DNA of 43,646 bases from an uncultured Candidatus Saccharibacteria bacterium (lineage in GTDB: Bacteria > Patescibacteriota > WWE3 > UBA101185 > UBA10185): positions 11,035 to 54,680 of the forward strand of contig CAZNNN010000003.1 of the NCBI GenBank assembly GCA_964574405.1. Reading direction: 5' to 3'. How positions within the stretch are numbered: position 1 is the first letter of the stretch; each line of letters begins with the position of its first letter. Below are positions 8,892-17,317 of this stretch, piece by piece. Position numbers and translations under genes: made by a program. The notes under the pieces are model-generated. The model had not been told where the DNA came from. It did not search any database and saw only the letters and a list, made by a program, of their open reading frames with translations.

Positions 8892-11381
8892 TTAATTAGT
8901 AGTAACGCTCACTATTTTGTTTTTTACCACTAAGAATTTTCCGATGGTCTTACTTTCAAAGTACTTCGTTAGTTTAACATCGTTGAGTATTTTTCCTCTG
9001 AGGCTATTTTCGTCATCGTTGACTGTTGTCTCAATTTGTCCGCGAACTTTACCGTTTATCATAACAGGCAAAAGCCTGGAGGTGTTTATATTTTGAGTTT
9101 TGTCAAACTCTGGCCACGCTTGCCAATGCACGCTGTTGTTCTTGTCCCAGGTAGCGAAACCGTTAATTTCTTGCCACAGCTCTTCTGCTACAAAGGGCAT
9201 AAAGGGGGCAATTACTTTTATAAAGCCTTTCCAGGTTTCAATATCAATTGTTTCTGCCTTTTTAAGGTCGTTTACAAAAATCATAATCTCACTTATGGCT
9301 GTATTCATTTTTAAGGCTTCGCACATTCCCGTGATATTTTTTACCATTTTGTTGTAGAACTTTTTAATTACTTCCGACTCGTTGTCTTGTTTAACTTTTT
9401 CTTTAAGCTCGTAAATGTTTTTAACTAGTCGCCACATGGCTTTTATAGTGTTTTCGTTCCAGGGGAAGGTGGCGTCATACGGACCTAAAAATGCTATGGC
9501 GAGCCTGGCTGCATCGGCACCGTAATTTTCTACCAGATCGGAGGGCATAACTACATTGCCGTATCTCTTGGACATTTTTTTACCGTCCGGACCAAGCAAA
9601 AGCCCGCCCGTCATCCGCCATTTATAAGGTTCTGGTGTGGGAACAAGACCTTTGTCGTACAAAAATCTATGCCAAAAGCGCGAATATAGCAGGTGGACTG
9701 TTGTGTGACCGCCGTCCCCAAAATACTTGTCCACCGGAAGCCAGTATTTTAACTTCTCATAATCGGCAAAGGCGTTATTGTTGTGCGGATCAATATATCT
9801 TAAAAAGTACCAGCTAGAACCTGCCCAGGTTGGCATGGTTTGAGTTTCTCTTTTAGCAGGTTTTCCTTGGCTGTCCACGGTATTTACCCAATCTGTGAGT
9901 TTAGATAGGGGAGGGGAGCCATCCGCCTGAGGCTGAAAATCTTTAGAAGAGGGAAGTTTAAGGGGGAGTTTTTTGTGAACTTCTTCCATGTTTTCTGTGG
10001 AAACAATAGCTTCTATATTGCCGTTTTCTTTATAAACTAGGGGAATAGGTTCGCCCCAGTAGCGTTGCCTGGAAAAAATCCAATCGCGCATCTTATAGGT
10101 GGTGGCTTTTTTACCTTTATTTTCTTTCTCTAATCGGTTTATTGCTATCGCGGAAAAGTTTTGGGATGCTGTTCCGTTATATTCCACAGAATTAACCATT
10201 GTACCAACGCCTGTGTGAATAGTACCCTCCGCTGTTTTTTCTGTTGGTTTAATTACTTCCACAACATCCAGGCCGTATTTTCTGGCAAAGGCAAAATCTC
10301 TCTCGTCGTGGGCAGGAACTCCCATAATAGATCCTGTTGCATAGTCCATTAAAATATAATCTGCTACAAAAATGGGAATCTTGCGCGTCACCTCGTCAAA
10401 AGGATGTTTGGCAAAAATCCCTTTAATCTGCATACCGGATTTTTCTTTTTCTGCCTGCCTTTCCATGTCGGAGCGGTCTTTTGCCTTGTCCACATACGCC
10501 AAAACTTCATCTTTGTTTGTCGACGCATCTGCTAGAGTTTTAACTGCAGGATGTTCTGGCGCAATAGCCAAAAAAGTTATTCCAAACAAGGTATCGGGTC
10601 GAGTTGTAAAAACTTTTAGTTGATTAATTTCTTTACCCGTTTCATCTGTTATTTTAAACTCCACTTCCGCCCCCTCACTTTTACCAATCCAATTTTTTTG
10701 CGCAGTCTTTATATAATCGGGAAAGTTTGTTTCTTCCAGTCCAGCTAAGAGTTTTTGGGCGTATCTAGGCATCTTTAGCACCCATTGTTTAAATATTTTT
10801 CTTTCTACACGGTTGCCATCTCTTTCTGCAATTTTCTCGCCGTTAGATCCGTTTATTACTTCCTCTTCTGCTAGAATTCCCAGCGTTTTGGACCACCAAA
10901 CAGAGGTTTCTTTAAACTCTGCCAAACCGGCTTCATACAATTTTAAAAAGATCCATTGCGTCCATTTATAAAAATCAGGTTCGCAGGTATTAATTTCTCG
11001 ATTCCAGTCAAAGCTGTATCCCATATCCTGGAGGGATTTTTTAAATCCTTTGGACAATTCGGCAATAACTTCCTGCGGTGTTTTGTTGGCTTTTATAGCG
11101 TAACCCTCTGTGGGTAGTCCAAAAGAGTCCCAGCCCATGGGATATAAAACATTGTAGCCCCGCATCTTTAGAAACTTTGAGTACATGTCTGGTACGGTAT
11201 AACGCATCATGTGTCCGGCGTGTAAGTAAGGACCGGAAGGGTAGGGGAGTTCAGCTAAAATGTATTTTTTAGGTTTGGGGGAAAAGTCCACCGCCTCGTA
11301 AATGTTGTCCGCATACCATTTTTCTTTCCAAATAGCTTCAATTTTTTTATGATCGTACTTAATATTTTTTTCCTGCGACAT
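8892..11381 (-). CDS. leuS: Leucyl-tRNA synthetase
   Basis: Class I motifs HAGH (YLHAGHMMRY) and KMSKR, CP1 editing domain. Length 829 aa. Confidence 0.97.
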   Translation of the reverse strand: MSQEKNIKYDHKKIEAIWKEKWYADNIYEAVDFSPKPKKYILAELPYPSGPYLHAGHMMRYTVPDMYSKFLKMRGYNVLYPMGWDSFGLPTEGYAIKANKTPQEVIAELSKGFKKSLQDMGYSFDWNREINTCEPDFYKWTQWIFLKLYEAGLAEFKETSVWWSKTLGILAEEEVINGSNGEKIAERDGNRVERKIFKQWVLKMPRYAQKLLAGLEETNFPDYIKTAQKNWIGKSEGAEVEFKITDETGKEINQLKVFTTRPDTLFGITFLAIAPEHPAVKTLADASTNKDEVLAYVDKAKDRSDMERQAEKEKSGMQIKGIFAKHPFDEVTRKIPIFVADYILMDYATGSIMGVPAHDERDFAFARKYGLDVVEVIKPTEKTAEGTIHTGVGTMVNSVEYNGTASQNFSAIAINRLEKENKGKKATTYKMRDWIFSRQRYWGEPIPLVYKENGNIEAIVSTENMEEVHKKLPLKLPSSKDFQPQADGSPPLSKLTDWVNTVDSQGKPAKRETQTMPTWAGSSWYFLRYIDPHNNNAFADYEKLKYWLPVDKYFGDGGHTTVHLLYSRFWHRFLYDKGLVPTPEPYKWRMTGGLLLGPDGKKMSKRYGNVVMPSDLVENYGADAARLAIAFLGPYDATFPWNENTIKAMWRLVKNIYELKEKVKQDNESEVIKKFYNKMVKNITGMCEALKMNTAISEIMIFVNDLKKAETIDIETWKGFIKVIAPFMPFVAEELWQEINGFATWDKNNSVHWQAWPEFDKTQNINTSRLLPVMINGKVRGQIETTVNDDENSLRGKILNDVKLTKYFESKTIGKFLVVKNKIVSVTTN

Positions 11382-11418
11382 GGGGGGATTTTAACTCTTT
11401 TTTTTGACATAGGCAACT

Positions 11419-11534
11419 GCGTTAATTATGCGGTGTATAGTTGCTAATTATTAACGCGTAATAAACGAACCGAGACTACTTATGCGTTAAATAGCAGGTT
11501 TATACGGTTATATGACCACGCATTATTAACGCAT
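11419..11534. repeat. Four copies of an ATTATTAACGC-like motif in alternating orientation in the leuS/comEA intergenic region
   Basis: gcgttaattatgcg (11419-11432, reverse), attattaacgcg (11447-11458), atgcgttaaat (11482-11492, reverse), cattattaacgcat (11521-11534). Confidence 0.55.
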
Positions 11535-11594
11535 TGTCGTGCTGTATTTAGGTTAAAGTGCGGGGAACATTCGTTGCATCCCGTAGTCGCCATG

Positions 11595-11624
11595 AATTCT
11601 AGTGATACTAGAATATACCATCTT
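11595..11624 (+). promoter_or_regulatory. 30-nt conserved element with dyad ATTCTAGT-N3-ACTAGAAT upstream of comEA (copy 2)
   Basis: aattctagtgatactagaatataccatctt is 26/30 identical to 5896-5925 and contains a TAGAAT -10-like hexamer. Confidence 0.5.
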
Positions 11625-11735
11625 GTAACTTTTTAAACCTGTGGTATTTTGCAAGTGCAAGACTCCACTGTAATTTTAGGAGACGAGCAAAAGAGGAAGC
11701 CGAGGACGCAGTCCGAGGCTTCTCATTTATGAAGC

Positions 11736-12491
11736 ATGTTTGAAGACCAGTCGTCAAAAATTTATGAAACTTTGGTAGACAAAGTAAACAACCTTTTTGT
11801 TAAAAAGCCTTTAGTTTCAACGGTTGCTATAAGTGTTGTAGTAAGTTTGGCGGTTTTGTTTATATCTATGGATTATAGAAAAGGGGAGGCTAAGGTGGAG
11901 ATTTCGCAAGATAATTTGGTTGCAACGGTTGCAGAGTTAGGTAGTATAGAAATAAAGGTAGACTTATCCGGGGCGGTAAAAAAGCCCGGGGTGTATACGG
12001 TGGATGCAAAAGCTCGCTTGATTGATTTACTAGTCTTGGGTGGGGGATTTGTAAGCGATGTAAGCTCTTTGTGGGTAAGTAAAAATCTTAATTTGTCGCA
12101 AAGTTTAGCGGACGGAGAAAAGATTTATATCCCGTTTGAGTGGGATATAGATGGGGTTGGTGAGGGTGAGGCGGACTTAAAACCCCTAAGTTTAGGAATT
12201 GTTAAGGACACTAAGCAGGAAGATCTGGTGGCAGGGGCGCTCAAGATTATGGGAGTGAGTAATGTGCCCGTGGAGTCTTCTAGTTCCGCTGTTTCTTCTA
12301 TTTCCACGCAAAATAAGATCAACGCTAATACTGCGCCAACATCAGATTTAGACCTATTGCCAGGCATCGGTCCAGCCTATGCGGGAAGAATTGTAGAGAA
12401 TCGCCCGTACGCGTCGTTTGAAGAGTTTAAAACAAAAAGTGGGTTATCAGCTAATCTAGCTGATAGTCTCAAAGATCTGTTGTCCTTTTAG
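11736..12491 (+). CDS. comEA: ComEA-family DNA receptor (TM anchor, SLBB-like domain, C-terminal helix-hairpin-helix)
   Basis: N-terminal TM (VAISVVVSLAVLFI), KKPGVYTV SLBB-like motif, HhH LLPGIGPAYAGRIVENRPYASFEEF. Confidence 0.8.
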   Translation: MFEDQSSKIYETLVDKVNNLFVKKPLVSTVAISVVVSLAVLFISMDYRKGEAKVEISQDNLVATVAELGSIEIKVDLSGAVKKPGVYTVDAKARLIDLLVLGGGFVSDVSSLWVSKNLNLSQSLADGEKIYIPFEWDIDGVGEGEADLKPLSLGIVKDTKQEDLVAGALKIMGVSNVPVESSSSAVSSISTQNKINANTAPTSDLDLLPGIGPAYAGRIVENRPYASFEEFKTKSGLSANLADSLKDLLSF

Positions 12492-12497
12492 AGTGTT

Positions 12498-13565
12498 ATG
12501 AAAACCAAGGTGTTTATTTTGGCCACTTTGCTGGCGTTTTGGCGAGTTGGGGAGTTTGTTGCTTGGCAGAGTAAAACATTTATTAACAAGTTTAGTAATG
12601 ACATGGAATACACTTACCAAGCGCCTGTGGATGAATGTGCATCTGGGCAGGGGATATATTGTGGGTTTAAAGTGGCGTCGGGTAGGTTTAGGGCAAAAGC
12701 ATCAGATAAAATACAGCAAGTTTTACCTAGTCCGCACAGCGAACTTGTGATGGGGATGGTTTTGGGAGAAAATCGGTTTAAACAAGTTCCCACATATAAC
12801 GACATCCTCAAGACCGTGGGGCTGGTGCATGTGGTGGTGGTTTCCGGTTACAATATTAGCTTGGTGTTTACTTTATTAATGCGCTTGTTAGGTTCGCAAT
12901 ACAAAGTTAAAAACTTAATTATCGGTTTGTTTTGCACTTTTATATATTCGGGAATTTCGGGATTTGGCGTGCCCGCAGTTAGAGCCTGGATCATGGGCTC
13001 CATCGCGGTAATCTTTAAATTTTATGGTCGACCTGTCCAAGGCATAAAGGTTCTTATAGTTTCTGCCATAGTCATACTATGTACAGCCCCCAGCCAGCTG
13101 TTTTCAGTGAGTTTTTTGTTAAGTTTCTTGGCAACCTTGGGCGTAATGGTTGTTCCTGAAGCCTTAAAGGGTATATGGGGTTTGTTGGGTATTAAGAGCA
13201 GGGCAGGACTTTTTGAGGATTTTAACACCAGTTTAAGCGCGCAGTTAATGGTAAATCCAGTTATTTCGTATTATTTTGGTACTATGAGCGTGGTGTCCTT
13301 GATAGTAAACCCGCTAGTTTTGTGGGTAGTGCCTTTGTGTACAGTTTTAGGTGGGGTTTTGGTGTTTACGGCTTTTGCAAGTCCCCTGTTAGCTAAAATA
13401 ATAGCTTTGGTGCTGTATCCCTTTTTGGACTTTTTTGTAATCTTTTCGGAATTTTTTTCTGGCTTTAAAACGGCGTCACTGCAGATTAGATTTAGTTTTT
13501 ACGGTATAGTGGCTTATTATATTTTGTTGCTCCTTGGGATAAAATTATTTAGGAGAAAGCCGTGA
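12498..13565 (+). CDS. comEC: ComEC/Rec2 membrane channel (Competence domain) without its own beta-lactamase domain
   Basis: Polytopic membrane protein with motifs typical of the ComEC competence domain (GLVHVVVVSGYNISL, GFGVPAVRAWIMG). Confidence 0.8.
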   Translation: MKTKVFILATLLAFWRVGEFVAWQSKTFINKFSNDMEYTYQAPVDECASGQGIYCGFKVASGRFRAKASDKIQQVLPSPHSELVMGMVLGENRFKQVPTYNDILKTVGLVHVVVVSGYNISLVFTLLMRLLGSQYKVKNLIIGLFCTFIYSGISGFGVPAVRAWIMGSIAVIFKFYGRPVQGIKVLIVSAIVILCTAPSQLFSVSFLLSFLATLGVMVVPEALKGIWGLLGIKSRAGLFEDFNTSLSAQLMVNPVISYYFGTMSVVSLIVNPLVLWVVPLCTVLGGVLVFTAFASPLLAKIIALVLYPFLDFFVIFSEFFSGFKTASLQIRFSFYGIVAYYILLLLGIKLFRRKP

Positions 13566-14314
13566 AGCTTTTTCCCTACGCTGTTTTTATAGTAGGCTAC
13601 TACCTAATACGGATGTTGGTTCTACTGCCTCAAGACAGCAAGTTTTACATATCTTTTTTGGATATCGGGCAGGGGGATAGTTTTGTCATAAATATTCCTA
13701 ATTATGGGAGGGTTCTGGTGGATACCGGACCCGATTATCAGTCAAATTATCTAACTGCTAGAAGTTCGGTTTTGCCAATTTGTAATATAAAAGCGGTATT
13801 TATTACACATTATGACAGCGATCACGCGGGTGGTTTGGGGAGAATTAGCAGATTTTGTCCCAGTATAACTATTTACGACGATTTAAAGTTAGGAGATACG
13901 CTGGGTTTTGGTAGTACAAAAATGTATGTTTTAAGTCCCCCAGATAGAAACCCACTCCGGGATATAAACGATAACTCCCTTGTAATGCTGGTAAAATATC
14001 ACGATTTTGAGGCGTTACTTACTGGGGATGCTGGTTTAAGCATGCTTGAATCGGTAGGTAATATTGTTAACATCTACAAAAATAAAGAGATAATTACAGG
14101 CGGTCTTGATGTCTATAAAGTGGCACATCACGGGTCCAAGTATAACAGTAGTAAAAACTTGATTGAGGCGTTAAATCCTGCGCATTGCATAATTTCTGTG
14201 GGTAAAAATAATTACGGGCATCCCAGTAAAGAAGTTGTTCAATATTTGGTTGATGCGGGGTGTAAGGTGCAAAGAACCGATCAGGACGGCACAATTACTT
14301 TCATTGGCAGATAG
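13562..14314 (+). CDS. Metallo-beta-lactamase fold protein, equivalent to the ComEC C-terminal domain, encoded as a separate ORF
   Basis: N-terminal TM, then LDIGQGDS, THYDSDHAGG, TGDAG, VAHHGS, GHPS motifs. The GTG start overlaps the stop of the previous ORF (GTGA). Confidence 0.8.
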   Translation: MKLFPYAVFIVGYYLIRMLVLLPQDSKFYISFLDIGQGDSFVINIPNYGRVLVDTGPDYQSNYLTARSSVLPICNIKAVFITHYDSDHAGGLGRISRFCPSITIYDDLKLGDTLGFGSTKMYVLSPPDRNPLRDINDNSLVMLVKYHDFEALLTGDAGLSMLESVGNIVNIYKNKEIITGGLDVYKVAHHGSKYNSSKNLIEALNPAHCIISVGKNNYGHPSKEVVQYLVDAGCKVQRTDQDGTITFIGR

Positions 14315-14339
14315 GATGTGGTGGTGATATACTAAATTT

Positions 14340-16271
14340 ATGATTATCGATGAAGTAATTTCCACCACCGTTAAACAGGCTTTCAAAGAGCTTTTTGGTC
14401 TTGATTTGTTACAAGTTGGCGTAGAACATCCGCAAAATCCGTTGTGGGGAGATTACTCCACTAATGTTGCCTTGATAACTGCAAAAAATCTTGGCAGAGC
14501 GCCCGTTGTTGTGGCTAAAGAGGTTTTACAACGACTTCAAGCGCTGGATTTACAGGAGTATTTTGAGAGTATTTCTGTAGCGAGCCCAGGTTTTATCAAC
14601 TTTACTTTATCCAAAAAATATCTGCTTGGGCAAGCGATACTGGTTCTTAAAGAGGCAGATAACTTTGGCGCTAGTAGCGTTGGGGGTGGAAAAAAGATTG
14701 CTCTGGAGCATTCCAATGTTAATCCAAACAAGGCTGCGCACATTGGTCATTTAAGAAATGCTGTAATTGGACAGTTTTTGGAGCGCGTGTACGAGTTTAT
14801 TGGTTACGATGTTAAGGTGCAATATTATTCAAACGACCTGGGGGTGCAGGTATCTACTTCCCTTTTAGGTATGGAGAAAGTTGGTGCAGACTTTGATACT
14901 GCAAAGTATAAGAAATTTGACCACTACGCTTGGGATGTTTACGCAAAAATTTCACAAATGTTAGACGCCGATCCTGCACTTAAAAAAGAATTGGAAGAGT
15001 TGCTTGTAAAGTTAAATAGCAGAGAACCAGAAATATCACGCCAGCAATCCGAATTATCCAAAAAGATCCTCAACGACAATTTATTAACCTTTTCGGATCT
15101 CGATATAGATTATGATCTGATAGTGTATGAATCAAGCATTAAGGATATGTTAATGTGGGAAAAAACATTTGAAGTATTAAAGAAAAACGAAAATGTCTAC
15201 TTGGCAGTAGAAGGGGTTTCAAAAGGATGTTGGTTGGTGAAGATGCCTAAGATGGGTACTGGGTCAGTTACAGGCGCTAGTGAACCCCTTAATATAGAAG
15301 AGGATAAAATAATCGTCCGTTCCAACGGAATACCCACCTATACAGGAAAAGACATTGCTTATCATATGTGGAAATACGGGCTTTTGCCTGTGGATTTTAA
15401 CTATACTAAGGTACTTACTAAATACCAAGTTAAGGATTTATATGAAACAGCAGTTCAAGGTGATTCTAAAACTTCTTTTAGTAACTCTGACATTGTAATG
15501 GATGTTATAGATGTAAGACAAACTTACGCTTTATCTGCCGTCAAAAATACCCTAGAATATTTGGGGTACAAAACACAGTCAGATAACTTTGTTCATATTA
15601 ATTACGGACATGTATATCTTTCTCACAACACGGCAATTAAATTGGGTTATAGAGGTGAAGAAGAAGACGATAAACAAATTGCCATGAGCGGTAGAAAGGG
15701 CGTAGGTGTCAAGATTGACGATTTCATAGAAATGGTTGAAGAGTCACTAAGAGGTAGCTTCGGAGATTTTCCCAATGTTAAGGATGTAAGGAACGCCGTT
15801 ATCAAATTTGACATCTTAAGGTATGATACTTTTCAAGATATAATCTTCGATGTCGATACTGCTTTAAATCTAAAAGGTTTCACTGGACCTTATATTCAGT
15901 ATACCCACGCTCGTGCTAACTCCGTACTAGAAAAAGCTGGTTATATAACAGCTGTTCCTGAAAATTTGGATTATTCGCTGGAAAAATACACTGGGTTAGA
16001 AATTAACCAGTCTGCGCTAGAGGTATTAAAAGTCATCTACAAATTTCCTGAGGTTGTTATGCAGTCGGCTAAACAATACGCCCCCAATTTAATGTGCGTT
16101 TATCTATACGAGTTGTGCCAAAAATTTAATTCTTTTTACAACGATTCCCCTATTTTAAACGCAGAAACTTTGGACATTAAGGATTTTAGACTTTTTCTTA
16201 CCGTGGCAAGTAAACAGGTTATTAAAAATGGATTATACCTGCTTGGCATAACTGCTGTTGACAGAATGTAG
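14340..16271 (+). CDS. argS: Arginyl-tRNA synthetase
   Basis: HIGH motif (NKAAHIGHLRN), C-terminal DALR-type anticodon-binding domain ending in M. Extended -10 TGaTATACT at 14325-14333. Confidence 0.95.
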   Translation: MIIDEVISTTVKQAFKELFGLDLLQVGVEHPQNPLWGDYSTNVALITAKNLGRAPVVVAKEVLQRLQALDLQEYFESISVASPGFINFTLSKKYLLGQAILVLKEADNFGASSVGGGKKIALEHSNVNPNKAAHIGHLRNAVIGQFLERVYEFIGYDVKVQYYSNDLGVQVSTSLLGMEKVGADFDTAKYKKFDHYAWDVYAKISQMLDADPALKKELEELLVKLNSREPEISRQQSELSKKILNDNLLTFSDLDIDYDLIVYESSIKDMLMWEKTFEVLKKNENVYLAVEGVSKGCWLVKMPKMGTGSVTGASEPLNIEEDKIIVRSNGIPTYTGKDIAYHMWKYGLLPVDFNYTKVLTKYQVKDLYETAVQGDSKTSFSNSDIVMDVIDVRQTYALSAVKNTLEYLGYKTQSDNFVHINYGHVYLSHNTAIKLGYRGEEEDDKQIAMSGRKGVGVKIDDFIEMVEESLRGSFGDFPNVKDVRNAVIKFDILRYDTFQDIIFDVDTALNLKGFTGPYIQYTHARANSVLEKAGYITAVPENLDYSLEKYTGLEINQSALEVLKVIYKFPEVVMQSAKQYAPNLMCVYLYELCQKFNSFYNDSPILNAETLDIKDFRLFLTVASKQVIKNGLYLLGITAVDRM

Positions 16272-16278
16272 AGGTTAT

Positions 16279-17289
16279 ATGAGTTGGTTTAAAACAACTA
16301 AGTCAAAAAAGAGTTTTAGTATGATTAGGACAATCTCTGCCGTTTTGGTTTTAGGGGTGCTGGTTTTACTAGTAGCAGAGTCGGCAAAATACTTATATGT
16401 TGCTCAAGTTCCAAAAAGCGTAAGTTCCAAAATTGACCCGTCCGTGGATAAGTTAGCGTCCGTTTTAGGTGAAGCAAAAACTTCTCTAGGATCTTTATAT
16501 ACCATTGGAAACATTTTCACCAAAGATACCGATGAGGGAATCACCTCTAGGAACAGCATTAGTAGCGAGGATGGTGGGGAAATAGTGCTAAAAATTGCCG
16601 TATTTTCCGATTCTCATAACGACTTAGAGAACCTAAAAAAAGCTTTGGAGAAAGTTAAGAGCTTGGAAATAGCCAAGCTAGTTTTTTTGGGCGACTACAC
16701 TGATTACGGAGACGAGATGAGTCTTAAAAAATCAAAGGAGGTTATGGATCAGGCTGGGGTTGACTATGTTTCTTTACCCGGCGACCACGATATTGCCGAA
16801 ACGCGCGACGAATCCAATTTTGTTAAAGTTTTTGGTAAGACTTACGGTGTATGGGGGCAAGATGGTTTTGAATTTATGTATTTTGACAACAGTAAAAACT
16901 TTACTGCTATAAATTCTAAAGCTATAATCTGGTTCAAAAATAATATATCTGGCGTGGATTTTCTGTTTCTTTCACAGCCCTTAGCGACATCGGATATGTC
17001 ACGAGTGATGGGAATTATTGACGGGATTAAAGACGAGGTAGTTTATGCCCAGAACAAAGAGCTTTTGGACTTGGTTCGCAGTAGCAAAGTTAGAGTGATA
17101 ATGGCGGGCGATTTACATAGTTCTTCACATTTTGTCGATCCGATTAAACCTGATTTGCAACATTACAGTGTTGGTGCTGTGCTAAAGTCGCAAAGTCTAG
17201 AAAAGCTAAATCTTCAGTCGCCCAGATTTGCCGTGTTAGAAATTTTTAGCGACGATTCTTACAGTGTAGACGATGTAACTCTTGATTAG
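16279..17289 (+). CDS. Membrane-anchored calcineurin-like metallophosphoesterase
   Basis: N-terminal TM (ISAVLVLGVLVLLV), then IAVFSDSHND, FLGDYTDYGD, LPGDHD, AGDLH. ATG 16279 is preferred over the TTG at 16258 (GAGG just upstream). Confidence 0.75.
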   Translation: MSWFKTTKSKKSFSMIRTISAVLVLGVLVLLVAESAKYLYVAQVPKSVSSKIDPSVDKLASVLGEAKTSLGSLYTIGNIFTKDTDEGITSRNSISSEDGGEIVLKIAVFSDSHNDLENLKKALEKVKSLEIAKLVFLGDYTDYGDEMSLKKSKEVMDQAGVDYVSLPGDHDIAETRDESNFVKVFGKTYGVWGQDGFEFMYFDNSKNFTAINSKAIIWFKNNISGVDFLFLSQPLATSDMSRVMGIIDGIKDEVVYAQNKELLDLVRSSKVRVIMAGDLHSSSHFVDPIKPDLQHYSVGAVLKSQSLEKLNLQSPRFAVLEIFSDDSYSVDDVTLD

Positions 17290-17317
17290 ATTCTACTTGA
17301 GTGTTAACATACTTCCC

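Noticed and set aside
9036-10623. Plus-strand ORFs inside leuS (9036, 9100, 9635, 10161, 10372), and similar antisense ORFs inside obg, the wzy-like gene, comM, comEC, atpD, atpA and the glg genes
   Set aside because: All lie antisense or out of frame within long, motif-supported CDSs and show no motifs of their own.
11382-11735. T-box riboswitch upstream of leuS
   Set aside because: On the minus strand the -10 box sits 6 nt from the ATG, leaving no leader. No T-box sequence (GGUGGUACCGCG-like) is present on either strand.
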